A stretch of 64,000 bases of DNA from Luteimonas sp. (GCA_024707405.1 JANPZU010000006.1:53164-117163), one strand, 5' to 3'. Numbered from the stretch's first letter, positions 41,371 through 50,787 are shown. Numbers and translations are program-made. Notes: generated by a model from the sequence alone, not told the origin.

Positions 41371-42533
41371 GCAGTGGTTGGCATGCGGCGAAGCTCAGTG
41401 ATGTTTGCGAGTTTCACAATGGCCTATGGAAAGGGGATAAAGGCCCGTTTGTGAATGTGGGTGTTATACGAAACACGAATTTCACCAAAGATGGAACGCT
41501 CGACGATAGCGATATTGCTTATCTCGATGTCGAAGAAAAGAAATTCGAGAAGAGAAGGCTCCAATTCGGAGACATCATTCTTGAGAAGTCTGGCGGCGGC
41601 CCAAAGCAGGCAGTTGGCAGAGTTGCGTTCTTCGACAAGAAATATGGTGACTTCTCCTTCAGCAATTTCACGTCCGCCATTAGGGTGCGTGATCAGGAAG
41701 CGTTGGCCGCAGAATATCTTCACAGATTCTTGCATTGGCAGTATCTGTCGGGCGTAACTGAGTCGATGCAGAGCCACTCCACCGGCATCAGGAATCTGGA
41801 TGGCGACGCCTACAAGGCGATAGAAGTCAGGTTCCCGAATGTCCGTGAGCAGCGTCGAATCGTCGCCCTCCTCGACGAAGCGTTTGCTGGCATCGCCACC
41901 GCCAAGGCCAATGCCGAGCAGAGCCTGCGGAAGGCCCGTGACGTTGATGCCAGTCATCGTCGGTCGTTGTTTATCGGTAGTGCATGGCCCCTGACGACAC
42001 TGAATCGCATTGCCAGAAATCTGGACAGCAAGCGTATTCCTATCACCAAAGGTGATCGTACGCCGGGCGAGTTTCCCTACTACGGCGCATCGGGAGTCGT
42101 TGACTACGTGGCGGACTACATCTTCGATGGCGACGCATTGCTGGTTTCAGAGGATGGCGCCAACCTGTTGTCGCGCTCCACGCCAATTGCCTTTTCGGTC
42201 ACCGGAAAGTATTGGGTGAACAATCACGCCCATATCCTTCAGTTCGACGACATGGTGACGCAGAAGTTCGTCGAGTTCTATCTGGAGAGCATTCCGCTCG
42301 ACGACTACATCACGGGGGCGGCGCAACCCAAGCTCAACCAGAAGGCGCTGAACTCGATTCCTGTGCCAATTCCAGCCGACATTCAGGAGCGCGTGGCAGT
42401 TGTCGCAAGAATCGAGGCCATGAATCAGGAAACGGATCGGCTTCAATCCCTCTACAACCGCAAACTTGCCGCCCTCGACGAACTCAAGCAATCCCTGCTG
42501 CAGCAGGCGTTCTCGGGACAACTGTGGCGATGA
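41367..42533 (+). CDS. hsdS: type I restriction-modification specificity subunit HsdS
   Basis: Two target-recognition domains, each followed by a conserved helix (...LLDEAFAGI..., ...LKQSLLQQAFSGQL). The start overlaps the hsdM stop (ATGA). Visibly lower G+C. Confidence 0.85.
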   Translation: MSSGWHAAKLSDVCEFHNGLWKGDKGPFVNVGVIRNTNFTKDGTLDDSDIAYLDVEEKKFEKRRLQFGDIILEKSGGGPKQAVGRVAFFDKKYGDFSFSNFTSAIRVRDQEALAAEYLHRFLHWQYLSGVTESMQSHSTGIRNLDGDAYKAIEVRFPNVREQRRIVALLDEAFAGIATAKANAEQSLRKARDVDASHRRSLFIGSAWPLTTLNRIARNLDSKRIPITKGDRTPGEFPYYGASGVVDYVADYIFDGDALLVSEDGANLLSRSTPIAFSVTGKYWVNNHAHILQFDDMVTQKFVEFYLESIPLDDYITGAAQPKLNQKALNSIPVPIPADIQERVAVVARIEAMNQETDRLQSLYNRKLAALDELKQSLLQQAFSGQLWR

Positions 42534-43162
42534 CCGGCCGCTATGCCATGCACGGTGCGGAAGGGGATGCCCAGCCCGGATCGCGCGGACGCGTGCTGGC
42601 CAACCGCCTCGGCATCGTGCGGGTGGGCGCGATGCAAGCGGCGGAATCGGATGCGCTGGTCGCGCTTGCCGGTGCACTGCTGCTGGAAGTGGACGAGCGA
42701 CAGGTGTTCAACGCGGCCACCCTGCAGGACTGGCATCGGCGCTGGCTGGGCGGCATCTATCCGTGGGCCGGCCAGTACCGGCAGGTCAACATGAGCAAGG
42801 GCGGCTTCCTGTTTGCCGCGGCGCATCTGCTCGATCGCCTGATGGCCGACTATTCGCGGGATGTGCTGGGTGCATGGACACCCTGCGCCGGCATGGATGA
42901 GGGACGGCTGGTGCGGGCGCTGGCGTTGATCCACGCGGAATTCATCCTGATCCATCCATTCCGGGAGGGGAATGGTCGGCTGGCACGCCTGCTGAACACG
43001 ATGATGGCGCTACAGGCGGGCTTGCCTGCGCTGGACTATGGCGGTATCGCCGGGCGCGGGAAACGCGAGTACATCGCCGCAATCCACGCGGCGCAGGGGT
43101 GCGATTACGGGCCGATGGAACAGGTGTTCCGCAAGGTGCTGCGGCGGACGCAGCGGAGTTAA
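42530..43162 (+). CDS. Fic-domain protein (FicT-type toxin candidate)
   Basis: Canonical HPFREGNGR motif. ~210 aa. ATG overlaps the hsdS stop (ATGA). No internal [ST]xxxE[GN] inhibitory motif was found. Confidence 0.85.
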   Translation: MTGRYAMHGAEGDAQPGSRGRVLANRLGIVRVGAMQAAESDALVALAGALLLEVDERQVFNAATLQDWHRRWLGGIYPWAGQYRQVNMSKGGFLFAAAHLLDRLMADYSRDVLGAWTPCAGMDEGRLVRALALIHAEFILIHPFREGNGRLARLLNTMMALQAGLPALDYGGIAGRGKREYIAAIHAAQGCDYGPMEQVFRKVLRRTQRS

Positions 43163-43326
43163 CGCTTCTTGGCGACCTTCTTCGCCACGGCGCGCTTGAC
43201 CGCCTTTGCCTTGAACGGCGCGCGGATGCCCTCGACGGCCGAGGATGTGGCAATGGTCAGGCGAACGGCCTTCTCGCGCTTGGCGGCGCTGGACAGGTGC
43301 TTGTTGCTGAGGGCGAGGTTGGCCAT
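43159..43326 (-). CDS. small VbhA/FicA-like antitoxin candidate with Lys/Ala tail
   Basis: 55 codons with strong G/C third-position bias. REKAVRLTIATSSAVEGIRAP carries S-x-x-x-E-G. Its stop overlaps the fic stop within GTTAAC. No obvious SD. Confidence 0.55.
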   Translation of the reverse strand: MANLALSNKHLSSAAKREKAVRLTIATSSAVEGIRAPFKAKAVKRAVAKKVAKKR

Positions 43327-43533
43327 GGGAAGGATGCTAGCAGAGTCCCCATGGATGGTGGCTGAGGCGGTGGACAGGGCCGTGTCGCGGACAACAAGAA
43401 CCCCCGCGTAGGTTCCGGGGAACCAAGAGGCGGGGGCCATGTTGGGCAGGATTATGGCAGGTCGTGGCAATGGCGTGGCCGGTGCCCGGGATTCATCAGG
43501 CGGGCAGGTTGTTATCCTCGCATCCAAGGGGAA

Positions 43534-45873
43534 ATGATGAACGAATCCGAGACCCGCGCCGAACTGATCGACCCGGCCCTGAAGGCCGCGGGCTGGGGCG
43601 TGGTGGAAGGCAGCCAGGTGCGGCGCGAGTTCCGCATCACGCAGGGGCGGTTGCAGGGTCACGGCCAGCGGGCCAAGCCCGAGATTGCCGACTACGTGCT
43701 GGTGTACCGCAACCTCAAGCTGGCGGTGGTCGAGGCCAAGGCCCGGGGCGTGGCCTGTGCCGAGGGCGTGATGCAGGCCAAGGCCTATGCGGCGAAACTC
43801 GATGTGCGCTTCACCTATGCCAGCAACGGCCAGTCGATCTACGGCATCGACATGGCGACCGGCGCGGAAGGTGACGTTGCCGCCTTCCCCGGCCCGGAGG
43901 CACTGTGGGCGCGCACCTTTGCCAATGCCAACGCCTGGCGCGACCGCTTCGCTGCCATACCGTTCGAGAACAAGGGCGGCACCTGGCAGGGACGCTACTA
44001 CCAGGACATCGCCATCCAGTGCGTGCTGGATGCCATTGCTGAGGGACGTGACCGCATCCTGCTGACGCTCGCAACCGGCACCGGCAAGACCTTCATCGCG
44101 TTCCAACTGGCGTGGAAGCTGTTCCACAGCAAGTGGAATCTAAGTGACTGGAAGGGGAAGGGCGAACCAGTCCGTCGCCCGCGCATCCTGTTCCTGGCCG
44201 ATCGCAACATCCTGGCCGACCAGGCCTATAACGCGTTTTCGGCCTTCGACGAGGATGCGCTGGTGCGGATCGCGCCGGACGACATCCGCAGGCAGGGCCG
44301 GGTGCCGAAGAACGGCAGCGTGTTCTTCACCATCTTCCAGACCTTCATGAGCGGGCCGCCAAGGAATGGCGAGCCGTCGCCGTACTTCGGCGACTATCCG
44401 CCGGACTTCTTCGACTTCATCGTCATCGATGAATGCCACCGCGGCGGTGCGAAGGATGAAAGCAGCTGGCGCGCGATCCTCGACTACTTTTCGCCCGCCG
44501 TGCAATTGGGCTTGACTGCCACACCACTGCGGCGGAGCAATGCCGACACCTATGCGTACTTCGGTGAACCGGTCTATTCCTATTCGCTCAAGCAAGGCAT
44601 CAACGATGGCTTCCTGACGCCGTTCCGGGTCAAGCAGTGGGCCACCACGCTGGACGACTACACCTACACGCCCGACGATGCGGTGTTGGAGGGCGAGGTG
44701 GTGCCGGGCAAGCGCTATGTGGAGGGCGACTTCAACCGGGTGATCGTGATCCCCGAGCGCGAGGCGTTCCGCGTGCGCGAGTGGATGGGGCAGGTGGATC
44801 CGCGCGAAAAGACGCTGGTGTTCTGTGCCACGCAGGAACACGCGGCGATGGTGCGTGACCTGGTCAACCAGAACAAGACGGTGCCCGATCCGCTGTATTG
44901 CGTTCGTGTCACCGCCAACGACGGCGCGAAAGGCGAGGAATACCTGCGTGACTTCCAGGACAACGAAAAGACGATTCCGACGATCCTGACTACTTCGCAG
45001 AAGCTGTCCACCGGTGTTGACGCGCGCAATGTGCGCAACATCGTGCTGATGCGGCCGGTGAACTCGATGATCGAGTTCAAGCAGATCGTCGGTCGTGGCA
45101 CCCGCCTGTACGACGGCAAGGACTACTTCACCATCCATGATTTCGTGAAGGCCTACCTGCATTTCAACGACCCGGAATGGGACGGCGAGCCGCTAGATCC
45201 GGAGCCGTCGCGTCCGCGTCCGCCGCGCGGCGGTGACGACACGACGGCCGGGCCGGGCGAAGGCGGCGATCCGCCGCCGCGTCCGCAGCGGATCAAGGTG
45301 AAGCTGGCCGATGGCAAGGAACGTCGGATCCAGAGCATGGTGGCCACGACGTTCTGGAGTGCGGACGGCAAGCCCATGTCCGCCGCGCAATTCCTGGAGA
45401 GCCTGTTCGGCACGCTGCCGGAATTCTTCAGGGACGAAGACCAATTGCGGGAACTCTGGAGCGAGCCGACAACGCGCAGGGCGTTGCTGGATGGACTGGC
45501 CGAGAAAGGGTTCGGGCGCGAAGCCTTGGCCGGGATGCAGGCAGCCATCGAGGCCGACGACAGCGATCTGTTCGATGTACTGGCCTACGTGGCCTACACG
45601 CGTGCGCCGATCCCGCGCAGCGAACGCGCCATCTTGGCCAAGGCGGCGGTCAACACGAGTTACAAGAGCGACCGCCATCTGGCGTTCGTGGAGTTCGTGT
45701 TGGATCACTATGTCCGCGAGGGCGTCGATGAGCTGGACATGGAGAAACTCACGCCGCTGCTGCGCCTGAAATACAACGCCATCGCCGATGCTGCAGCGGA
45801 TCTCGGCTCGCCCGAGCAGATCCGGCTGACCTTCATTGGGTTCCAGAAGCATCTCTATCAGGATTCGCGCTGA
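43534..45873 (+). CDS. hsdR: type I restriction endonuclease subunit HsdR (EcoEI-like, short form)
   Basis: N-terminal nuclease (ADYVLV...VVEAK). Helicase motifs TGTGKT and IDECHRGG. C-terminal EcoEI_R_C-like region. AAGGGGAA RBS. Confidence 0.9.
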   Translation: MMNESETRAELIDPALKAAGWGVVEGSQVRREFRITQGRLQGHGQRAKPEIADYVLVYRNLKLAVVEAKARGVACAEGVMQAKAYAAKLDVRFTYASNGQSIYGIDMATGAEGDVAAFPGPEALWARTFANANAWRDRFAAIPFENKGGTWQGRYYQDIAIQCVLDAIAEGRDRILLTLATGTGKTFIAFQLAWKLFHSKWNLSDWKGKGEPVRRPRILFLADRNILADQAYNAFSAFDEDALVRIAPDDIRRQGRVPKNGSVFFTIFQTFMSGPPRNGEPSPYFGDYPPDFFDFIVIDECHRGGAKDESSWRAILDYFSPAVQLGLTATPLRRSNADTYAYFGEPVYSYSLKQGINDGFLTPFRVKQWATTLDDYTYTPDDAVLEGEVVPGKRYVEGDFNRVIVIPEREAFRVREWMGQVDPREKTLVFCATQEHAAMVRDLVNQNKTVPDPLYCVRVTANDGAKGEEYLRDFQDNEKTIPTILTTSQKLSTGVDARNVRNIVLMRPVNSMIEFKQIVGRGTRLYDGKDYFTIHDFVKAYLHFNDPEWDGEPLDPEPSRPRPPRGGDDTTAGPGEGGDPPPRPQRIKVKLADGKERRIQSMVATTFWSADGKPMSAAQFLESLFGTLPEFFRDEDQLRELWSEPTTRRALLDGLAEKGFGREALAGMQAAIEADDSDLFDVLAYVAYTRAPIPRSERAILAKAAVNTSYKSDRHLAFVEFVLDHYVREGVDELDMEKLTPLLRLKYNAIADAAADLGSPEQIRLTFIGFQKHLYQDSR

Positions 45874-46253
45874 TTGCGGTGGGAGCCGTGCGTATCAAGT
45901 GCTTGCGGTCAGGGTGGCGCCTGTTCGGATCATTGGTACGGAATGGGCCTGCGGCCCTTCCAGCAAGGCACCCGCGCGTTTAACTAGCGAATCAAGTCTT
46001 CTTAACTGGCAAATCCGTCGCCCTGACTGTTCAATCCGTTCGCGATCCGTGCGGCTGTTCCAGTGGGGAGGTGCTGTTACCCCACCTCCTCCAGGGTTCC
46101 CGCCGAATGACCGGAAGGGTGGGCATTGCCGCTGCCTGGATGAATGGCGAGTACGATTTCCTCGTGGCACGGAACGATCCGTTGCGGAGTGCTTCCCGCC
46201 GTGGTGAATGACGATTGCTAGAGTGCCGAGGTGCCGCAGCCGGATCTCCACCC

Positions 46254-47114
46254 ATGACCGAACCCCTGTTGCCCGCCGCCTTCCTCGGCCACGGCAGCCC
46301 GATGAACGCGCTGGAACGCAATCGCTTCACCGAGGCTTGGCGTGCGTTTGGTGCGTCGGTGCCACGTCCGCGCGCGATCCTGGCGGTGTCGGCGCACTGG
46401 TACGTGCCGATGCTGGCGGTGACGGCGATGCCGCGTCCGCGCACCATCCACGATTTCTTCGGCTTCCCGCAGGCGTTGTTCGACGTGCAGTATCCCGCGC
46501 CCGGCTTGCCCGACTTGTTCGGCGAAATCGCGGAACTGGTGAAGCCCGATCGCGCAGGGGCCGACATCGACAGCTGGGGCATCGACCACGGCACGTGGTC
46601 GGTGCTGGTGCATGCATTCCCCGAGGCTGACATCCCGGTCGTGCAGTTGTCCATCGATGCACGCAAGCCGTTCGAGTGGCACCTGGCACTAGGTGCGAAG
46701 CTTGCCGAGCTGCGCAAGCAAGGGGTGCTGGTGGTCGGCAGCGGGAACGTGGTGCACAACCTGCGTGCGATCGATTGGCAACAGCCCGATGGCGCGTTCG
46801 ACTGGTCGCGCCGTTTCGATGAGCGTGCGCGTGAACTGATGCTGGAGCGCCCGCATGACATCGCGTCGCTGGCCACGCATCCGGACTATGCGCGCGCCGT
46901 GCCCACGCCCGACCATTTCCTGCCGCTGCTCTACATCGCCGGGCTTGCCGCCGCCGAAGGCAGTCGCGCGAAGGTGTTGGTGGACGGCTATGCCTATGGC
47001 TCGCTGTCGATGACGGCCTATGCCCTGGATGCGCGCTGTCCGGAAAGCACGCGGACAACGGCAGGGGCCGCCCCGCTGGAGACCATGCTGCCGGTGGAGG
47101 ATGCGAACGTCTGA
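46254..47114 (+). CDS. ygiD: 4,5-DOPA dioxygenase extradiol (YgiD family)
   Basis: PAAFLGHGSPMNAL, AHWY, IHDFFGFP, DHGTWSVL and GSGNVVHNL motifs of class III extradiol dioxygenases. Confidence 0.85.
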   Translation: MTEPLLPAAFLGHGSPMNALERNRFTEAWRAFGASVPRPRAILAVSAHWYVPMLAVTAMPRPRTIHDFFGFPQALFDVQYPAPGLPDLFGEIAELVKPDRAGADIDSWGIDHGTWSVLVHAFPEADIPVVQLSIDARKPFEWHLALGAKLAELRKQGVLVVGSGNVVHNLRAIDWQQPDGAFDWSRRFDERARELMLERPHDIASLATHPDYARAVPTPDHFLPLLYIAGLAAAEGSRAKVLVDGYAYGSLSMTAYALDARCPESTRTTAGAAPLETMLPVEDANV

Positions 47115-47133
47115 TGCGGACGTCGCTGCCGCG

Positions 47134-47559
47134 TCAGCGGTAGCGGCCGGGCCTATCGTGCACCGCGTCGGGCGTTGGCGAGGACAGCCGCGCGCGTAGC
47201 CATGCAGCGAAATCGGCTTCGGACAACGAGCCTTCGGCCAGACTGATGTAGACGGGGTACAAGGTCACGTCATCGGCAAGCAGTTCGGTGCCGTTGAGCA
47301 GCAGGAATGTTTCGCAGGCGACGGCCGCCGTGCGTTTGTTCCCGTCCACGAATGGATGGTTGCGTGCAAGCCCATAGGTGAGGCTGGCCGCGAGATCCGC
47401 AAGGTCGGGTGGCGGATTGCCATAGGCATGCAGCTGCAGAGGCCGCGCCAGCGCCGATTCGAGGAGTGCTTCGTCGCGCACGCCGCTGCCGCCGCCGTGC
47501 TCGGCCAACTGGCGCTCGTGAATGGCAAGCGCCAATGCGCGCGACAGCCAGACGATCAC
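47134..47559 (-). CDS. doc: Doc (death-on-curing) family toxin
   Basis: GTG start. Fic-fold motif HPFVDGNKRTA typical of Doc kinases. 141 aa. Confidence 0.85.
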   Translation of the reverse strand: MIVWLSRALALAIHERQLAEHGGGSGVRDEALLESALARPLQLHAYGNPPPDLADLAASLTYGLARNHPFVDGNKRTAAVACETFLLLNGTELLADDVTLYPVYISLAEGSLSEADFAAWLRARLSSPTPDAVHDRPGRYR

Positions 47560-47569
47560 TTCGTCGCGC

Positions 47570-47791
47570 CTATTGTGCGAGCTTGCGCAGCAGTGTCTTG
47601 CGCTTGCGCATGACCTGCTCGGCCACTTCCATCTGCGCCGCCAGCTCCGGATCGAACGCGGTCAAGCGGATGCCGTCGGGGGTTTCCAGTGCATAGAGTT
47701 CGTCGCCCTTGTCCAGGCGCAGGCGCGCCAGTAGATCCTTGGGCAGGATCACGCCGGCGGAGTTGCCGATGGTGGTGATCTTGAGCTTCAT
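47570..47791 (-). CDS. AbrB/MazE/SpoVT-type antitoxin (Phd functional analogue)
   Basis: MKLKITTIGNSAGVILPKDLLARL swapped-hairpin motif. 73 aa. Its stop lies 10 nt upstream of the doc start. Confidence 0.8.
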   Translation of the reverse strand: MKLKITTIGNSAGVILPKDLLARLRLDKGDELYALETPDGIRLTAFDPELAAQMEVAEQVMRKRKTLLRKLAQ

Positions 47792-47810
47792 GACAGCATG
47801 CCTAGGTTGT

Positions 47811-47826
47811 TATAACTGATGTTATA
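47811..47826. promoter_or_regulatory. inverted repeat in the toxin-antitoxin promoter region (candidate autoregulatory operator)
   Basis: TATAAC-tgat-GTTATA, perfect 6-bp arms, 20-35 nt upstream of the antitoxin ATG in an AT-rich patch. Confidence 0.4.
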
Positions 47827-47852
47827 TTCACCCGACGGGCGAAGGCAAGCGA

Positions 47853-49139
47853 TCAGCCCCGCCCGCGCCCGATGGCGCGCCAGCCGATGTCGTGGCGGTG
47901 GAACTCGCCCAGCCACGAGATGCCGGCGACTTCGGCATAGGCCTTGCGCTGTGCGTCGGCGATGTCGTTGCCCAGTGCGCACACGCACAGCACGCGGCCA
48001 CCGGCGGTGACGACGTGTTCGCCTTCGATGCGCGTGCCGGCGTGGAAGACCTTGGTGTCCTCCACCTCGGGCGCGTCCCAGGCATTGATGGTGTCGCCGG
48101 TGCGCACGGTGCCGGGATAGCCGTGCGCGGCCATCACCACGCCCAGCGACGGGCGCGGATCCCATTGCGCTTGCGTCTCATGCAGCTTGCCATTGATCGC
48201 CGCCTCGACGAGATCGAGGAGATCCGACTGCAGCCGCAGCATGATCGGTTGCGTTTCAGGGTCGCCGAAGCGCACGTTGAATTCGATCACCTTCGGCGCG
48301 CCGGATTTGTCGATCATCAGCCCGGCATACAGGAAGCCGGTGAACGGCGTGCCGTCGGCGATCATGCCGGCGACGGTCGGCTCGACCACTTCACGCATCA
48401 CGCGTGCGTGCACTTCGGGCGTGACTACGGGTGCCGGAGAGTAGGCACCCATGCCGCCGGTGTTGGGGCCGGTGTCGCCATCGCCAACGCGCTTGTGATC
48501 CTGGCTGGTTGCCATCGGCAGCGCGGTCTTGCCGTCGACCATCGAGATGAAGCTGGCTTCCTCGCCATCGAGGAACTCCTCGATGACCACGCGCGCGCCG
48601 GCGTTGCCGAACGCGTTGCCTTCGAGCATGTCGCGCACGGCGGCTTCGGCGTCGTCGAGCGTCATCGCCACGATCACGCCCTTGCCCGCGGCCAAGCCAT
48701 CGGCCTTGACCACGATGGGTGCGCCTTTGTCGCGCACGTAGGCGAGCGCGGGCTCGATCTCGGTGAATACCGAATAGAACGCTGTCGGGATGCCGTGGCG
48801 CGCGAGGAAATCCTTGGCGAATGCCTTGCTGCCTTCGAGCTGTGCGGCGGCGGCGGTGGGGCCGAAGATACGCAGGCCCGCATCGCGGAAGCGGTCGACC
48901 ACGCCAGCCACCAGGGGAACTTCGGGGCCGACGACGGTGAGCGCCACGCCCTCGTTGCGCGCCAGTTGCAGCAGCCCATCGAGGTCGTCGACCTTGGCTG
49001 CCGCGTTGCGGCACTTGTCCTCGATGGCGGTGCCGGCATTGCCGGGGGCGACGATCACCTCGTCCACGCGCGGCGATTGCGCGAGTTTCCAGGCGAGGGC
49101 GTGCTCGCGGCCGCCGGAACCGATGACGAGGATCTTCAT
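47853..49139 (-). CDS. purD: phosphoribosylamine-glycine ligase
   Basis: Start at [22 protein letters not shown]-grasp domain. 428 aa. Confidence 0.95.
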   Translation of the reverse strand: MKILVIGSGGREHALAWKLAQSPRVDEVIVAPGNAGTAIEDKCRNAAAKVDDLDGLLQLARNEGVALTVVGPEVPLVAGVVDRFRDAGLRIFGPTAAAAQLEGSKAFAKDFLARHGIPTAFYSVFTEIEPALAYVRDKGAPIVVKADGLAAGKGVIVAMTLDDAEAAVRDMLEGNAFGNAGARVVIEEFLDGEEASFISMVDGKTALPMATSQDHKRVGDGDTGPNTGGMGAYSPAPVVTPEVHARVMREVVEPTVAGMIADGTPFTGFLYAGLMIDKSGAPKVIEFNVRFGDPETQPIMLRLQSDLLDLVEAAINGKLHETQAQWDPRPSLGVVMAAHGYPGTVRTGDTINAWDAPEVEDTKVFHAGTRIEGEHVVTAGGRVLCVCALGNDIADAQRKAYAEVAGISWLGEFHRHDIGWRAIGRGRG

Positions 49140-49203
49140 GCAAGCTTCCTTCTGCGGTGGATGCGCCTGACCATTCCGCGGCATGCGGGCTGGTGTGTGT
49201 CGC

Positions 49204-50787
49204 TCAGTGCCTGAAATGCCGTACGCCGGTGAACACCATGGCGATGCCATGCTCGTCTGCGGCTGCAATGACTTCGTTGTCGCGCATCGAACCGCCGGGC
49301 TGGATCACGGCCTTGATGCCCGCGCCTGCGGCGGCGTCGATGCCATCTCGGAACGGGAAGAAGGCATCGCTGGCCATCACGGATCCTTCGACCTGCAACT
49401 GAGCGTCGGCGGCCTTGATGCCGGCGATGCGTGCCGAGTACACGCGGCTCATCTGCCCCGCGCCGACGCCGATGGTGCGATTGTCCTTTGCATAGACGAT
49501 GGCGTTCGACTTGACGAACTTCGCCACCTTCCACGCGAACAGCAGGTCGCGCAGCTGGCCTTCGGTCGGTGGCAGCTTGCTCACCACTTTCAGTTCGCCG
49601 GCGGTGACGACGCGGTCGTCGGCGGTCTGCAGCAACAGGCCGGAGCCGACGCGCTTGGTATCGATGAAGCCGGGCGTGACCGGTGCCAGCGGGATGCGCA
49701 ACACGCGCACGTTGGCTTTCTTCTTCGCGTAATCGAGTGCGCCGTCCTCGTAGTCGGGTGCGATCAGCACCTCGACGAACTGGCGATCGAGGATGACCTT
49801 GGCGGTCGCCGCATCCAGCGTGCGGTTGAAGGCGATGATGCCGCCGAAGGCGCTGGTGGGATCGGTGGCGTAGGCCAGTTCATAGGCATCGCCGCAGGCG
49901 GCGCAGACGGCCACTCCGCAGGGATTCGCGTGCTTGACGATGACGCAGGCCGGCGCGTCGAACTGGCGCACGCATTCCCATGCGGCATCGCTGTCGGCGA
50001 TGTTGTTGTAGCTCAGTTCCTTGCCCTGCAACTGCTCGAACGTGGCCAGTGAGCCGGGCGCAGGAAACAGGTCGCGGTAGAACGCGGCCTGCTGGTGCGG
50101 GTTCTCGCCGTAGCGCAGATCCATGACCTTGACGAAACTGCCGTTGGCCTGCGCGGAGAACGGGGTGCGCACCGGCACCTCGTTCGAAGCATCGGTGATC
50201 GCCGAAAGATAGTTGCTGATTGCTGCGTCGTACTGCGCAACGCGATTGAATGCGGCGACCGACAACGCGAAGCGGGTCTTTGCCGACAGCGCGCCGTCGT
50301 TGGTTTCGAGTTCGGACAGCAGGCCGGCGTATTGCGACGGATCGGTCGCTACCGCCACGCGGGCGAAGTTCTTCGCTGCGCTGCGCAGCATCGCCGGGCC
50401 GCCGATGTCGATGTTCTCGACCGCATCGGCCAGGGTGCAGTCGGCTTTCGCGGTGACGGACTCGAATGGATACAGGTTGAGCACCAGCAGGTCGATCGCG
50501 CCGATGCCGTGCTGGGCCATCACCGCGTCGTCGGTGCCGGCACGCCCGAGCAGTCCGCCATGCACCTTCGGATGCAGCGTCTTGACGCGGCCGTCCATCA
50601 TTTCCGGGAACCCGGTGACGTCCGAGACGTCCTTCACCGGCAGGCCCGCATCGCGGATCGCCTTCGCGGTGCCGCCCGTGGACAGCAGTTCGACGTTGCG
50701 CGTGGCGAGGGCGCGAGCGAGTTCGAGCAGTCCGGATTTGTCGGACACGGACAGCAGGGCCCGGCGAACGGGCAGCAGGTCAGGCAT
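49204..50787 (-). CDS. purH: bifunctional AICAR formyltransferase / IMP cyclohydrolase
   Basis: [24 protein letters not shown]...GTAKAI... ends FTGVRHFRH*. 527 aa. Confidence 0.95.
   Translation of the reverse strand: MPDLLPVRRALLSVSDKSGLLELARALATRNVELLSTGGTAKAIRDAGLPVKDVSDVTGFPEMMDGRVKTLHPKVHGGLLGRAGTDDAVMAQHGIGAIDLLVLNLYPFESVTAKADCTLADAVENIDIGGPAMLRSAAKNFARVAVATDPSQYAGLLSELETNDGALSAKTRFALSVAAFNRVAQYDAAISNYLSAITDASNEVPVRTPFSAQANGSFVKVMDLRYGENPHQQAAFYRDLFPAPGSLATFEQLQGKELSYNNIADSDAAWECVRQFDAPACVIVKHANPCGVAVCAACGDAYELAYATDPTSAFGGIIAFNRTLDAATAKVILDRQFVEVLIAPDYEDGALDYAKKKANVRVLRIPLAPVTPGFIDTKRVGSGLLLQTADDRVVTAGELKVVSKLPPTEGQLRDLLFAWKVAKFVKSNAIVYAKDNRTIGVGAGQMSRVYSARIAGIKAADAQLQVEGSVMASDAFFPFRDGIDAAAGAGIKAVIQPGGSMRDNEVIAAADEHGIAMVFTGVRHFRH

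Noticed and set aside
43327-44127. 322-aa minus-strand ORF (43159-44127) as a whole gene
   Set aside because: Its upstream ~270 codons are antisense to the well-supported hsdR N-terminus and are not protein-like. Only the terminal 55 codons downstream of the internal ATG at 43326 were retained.
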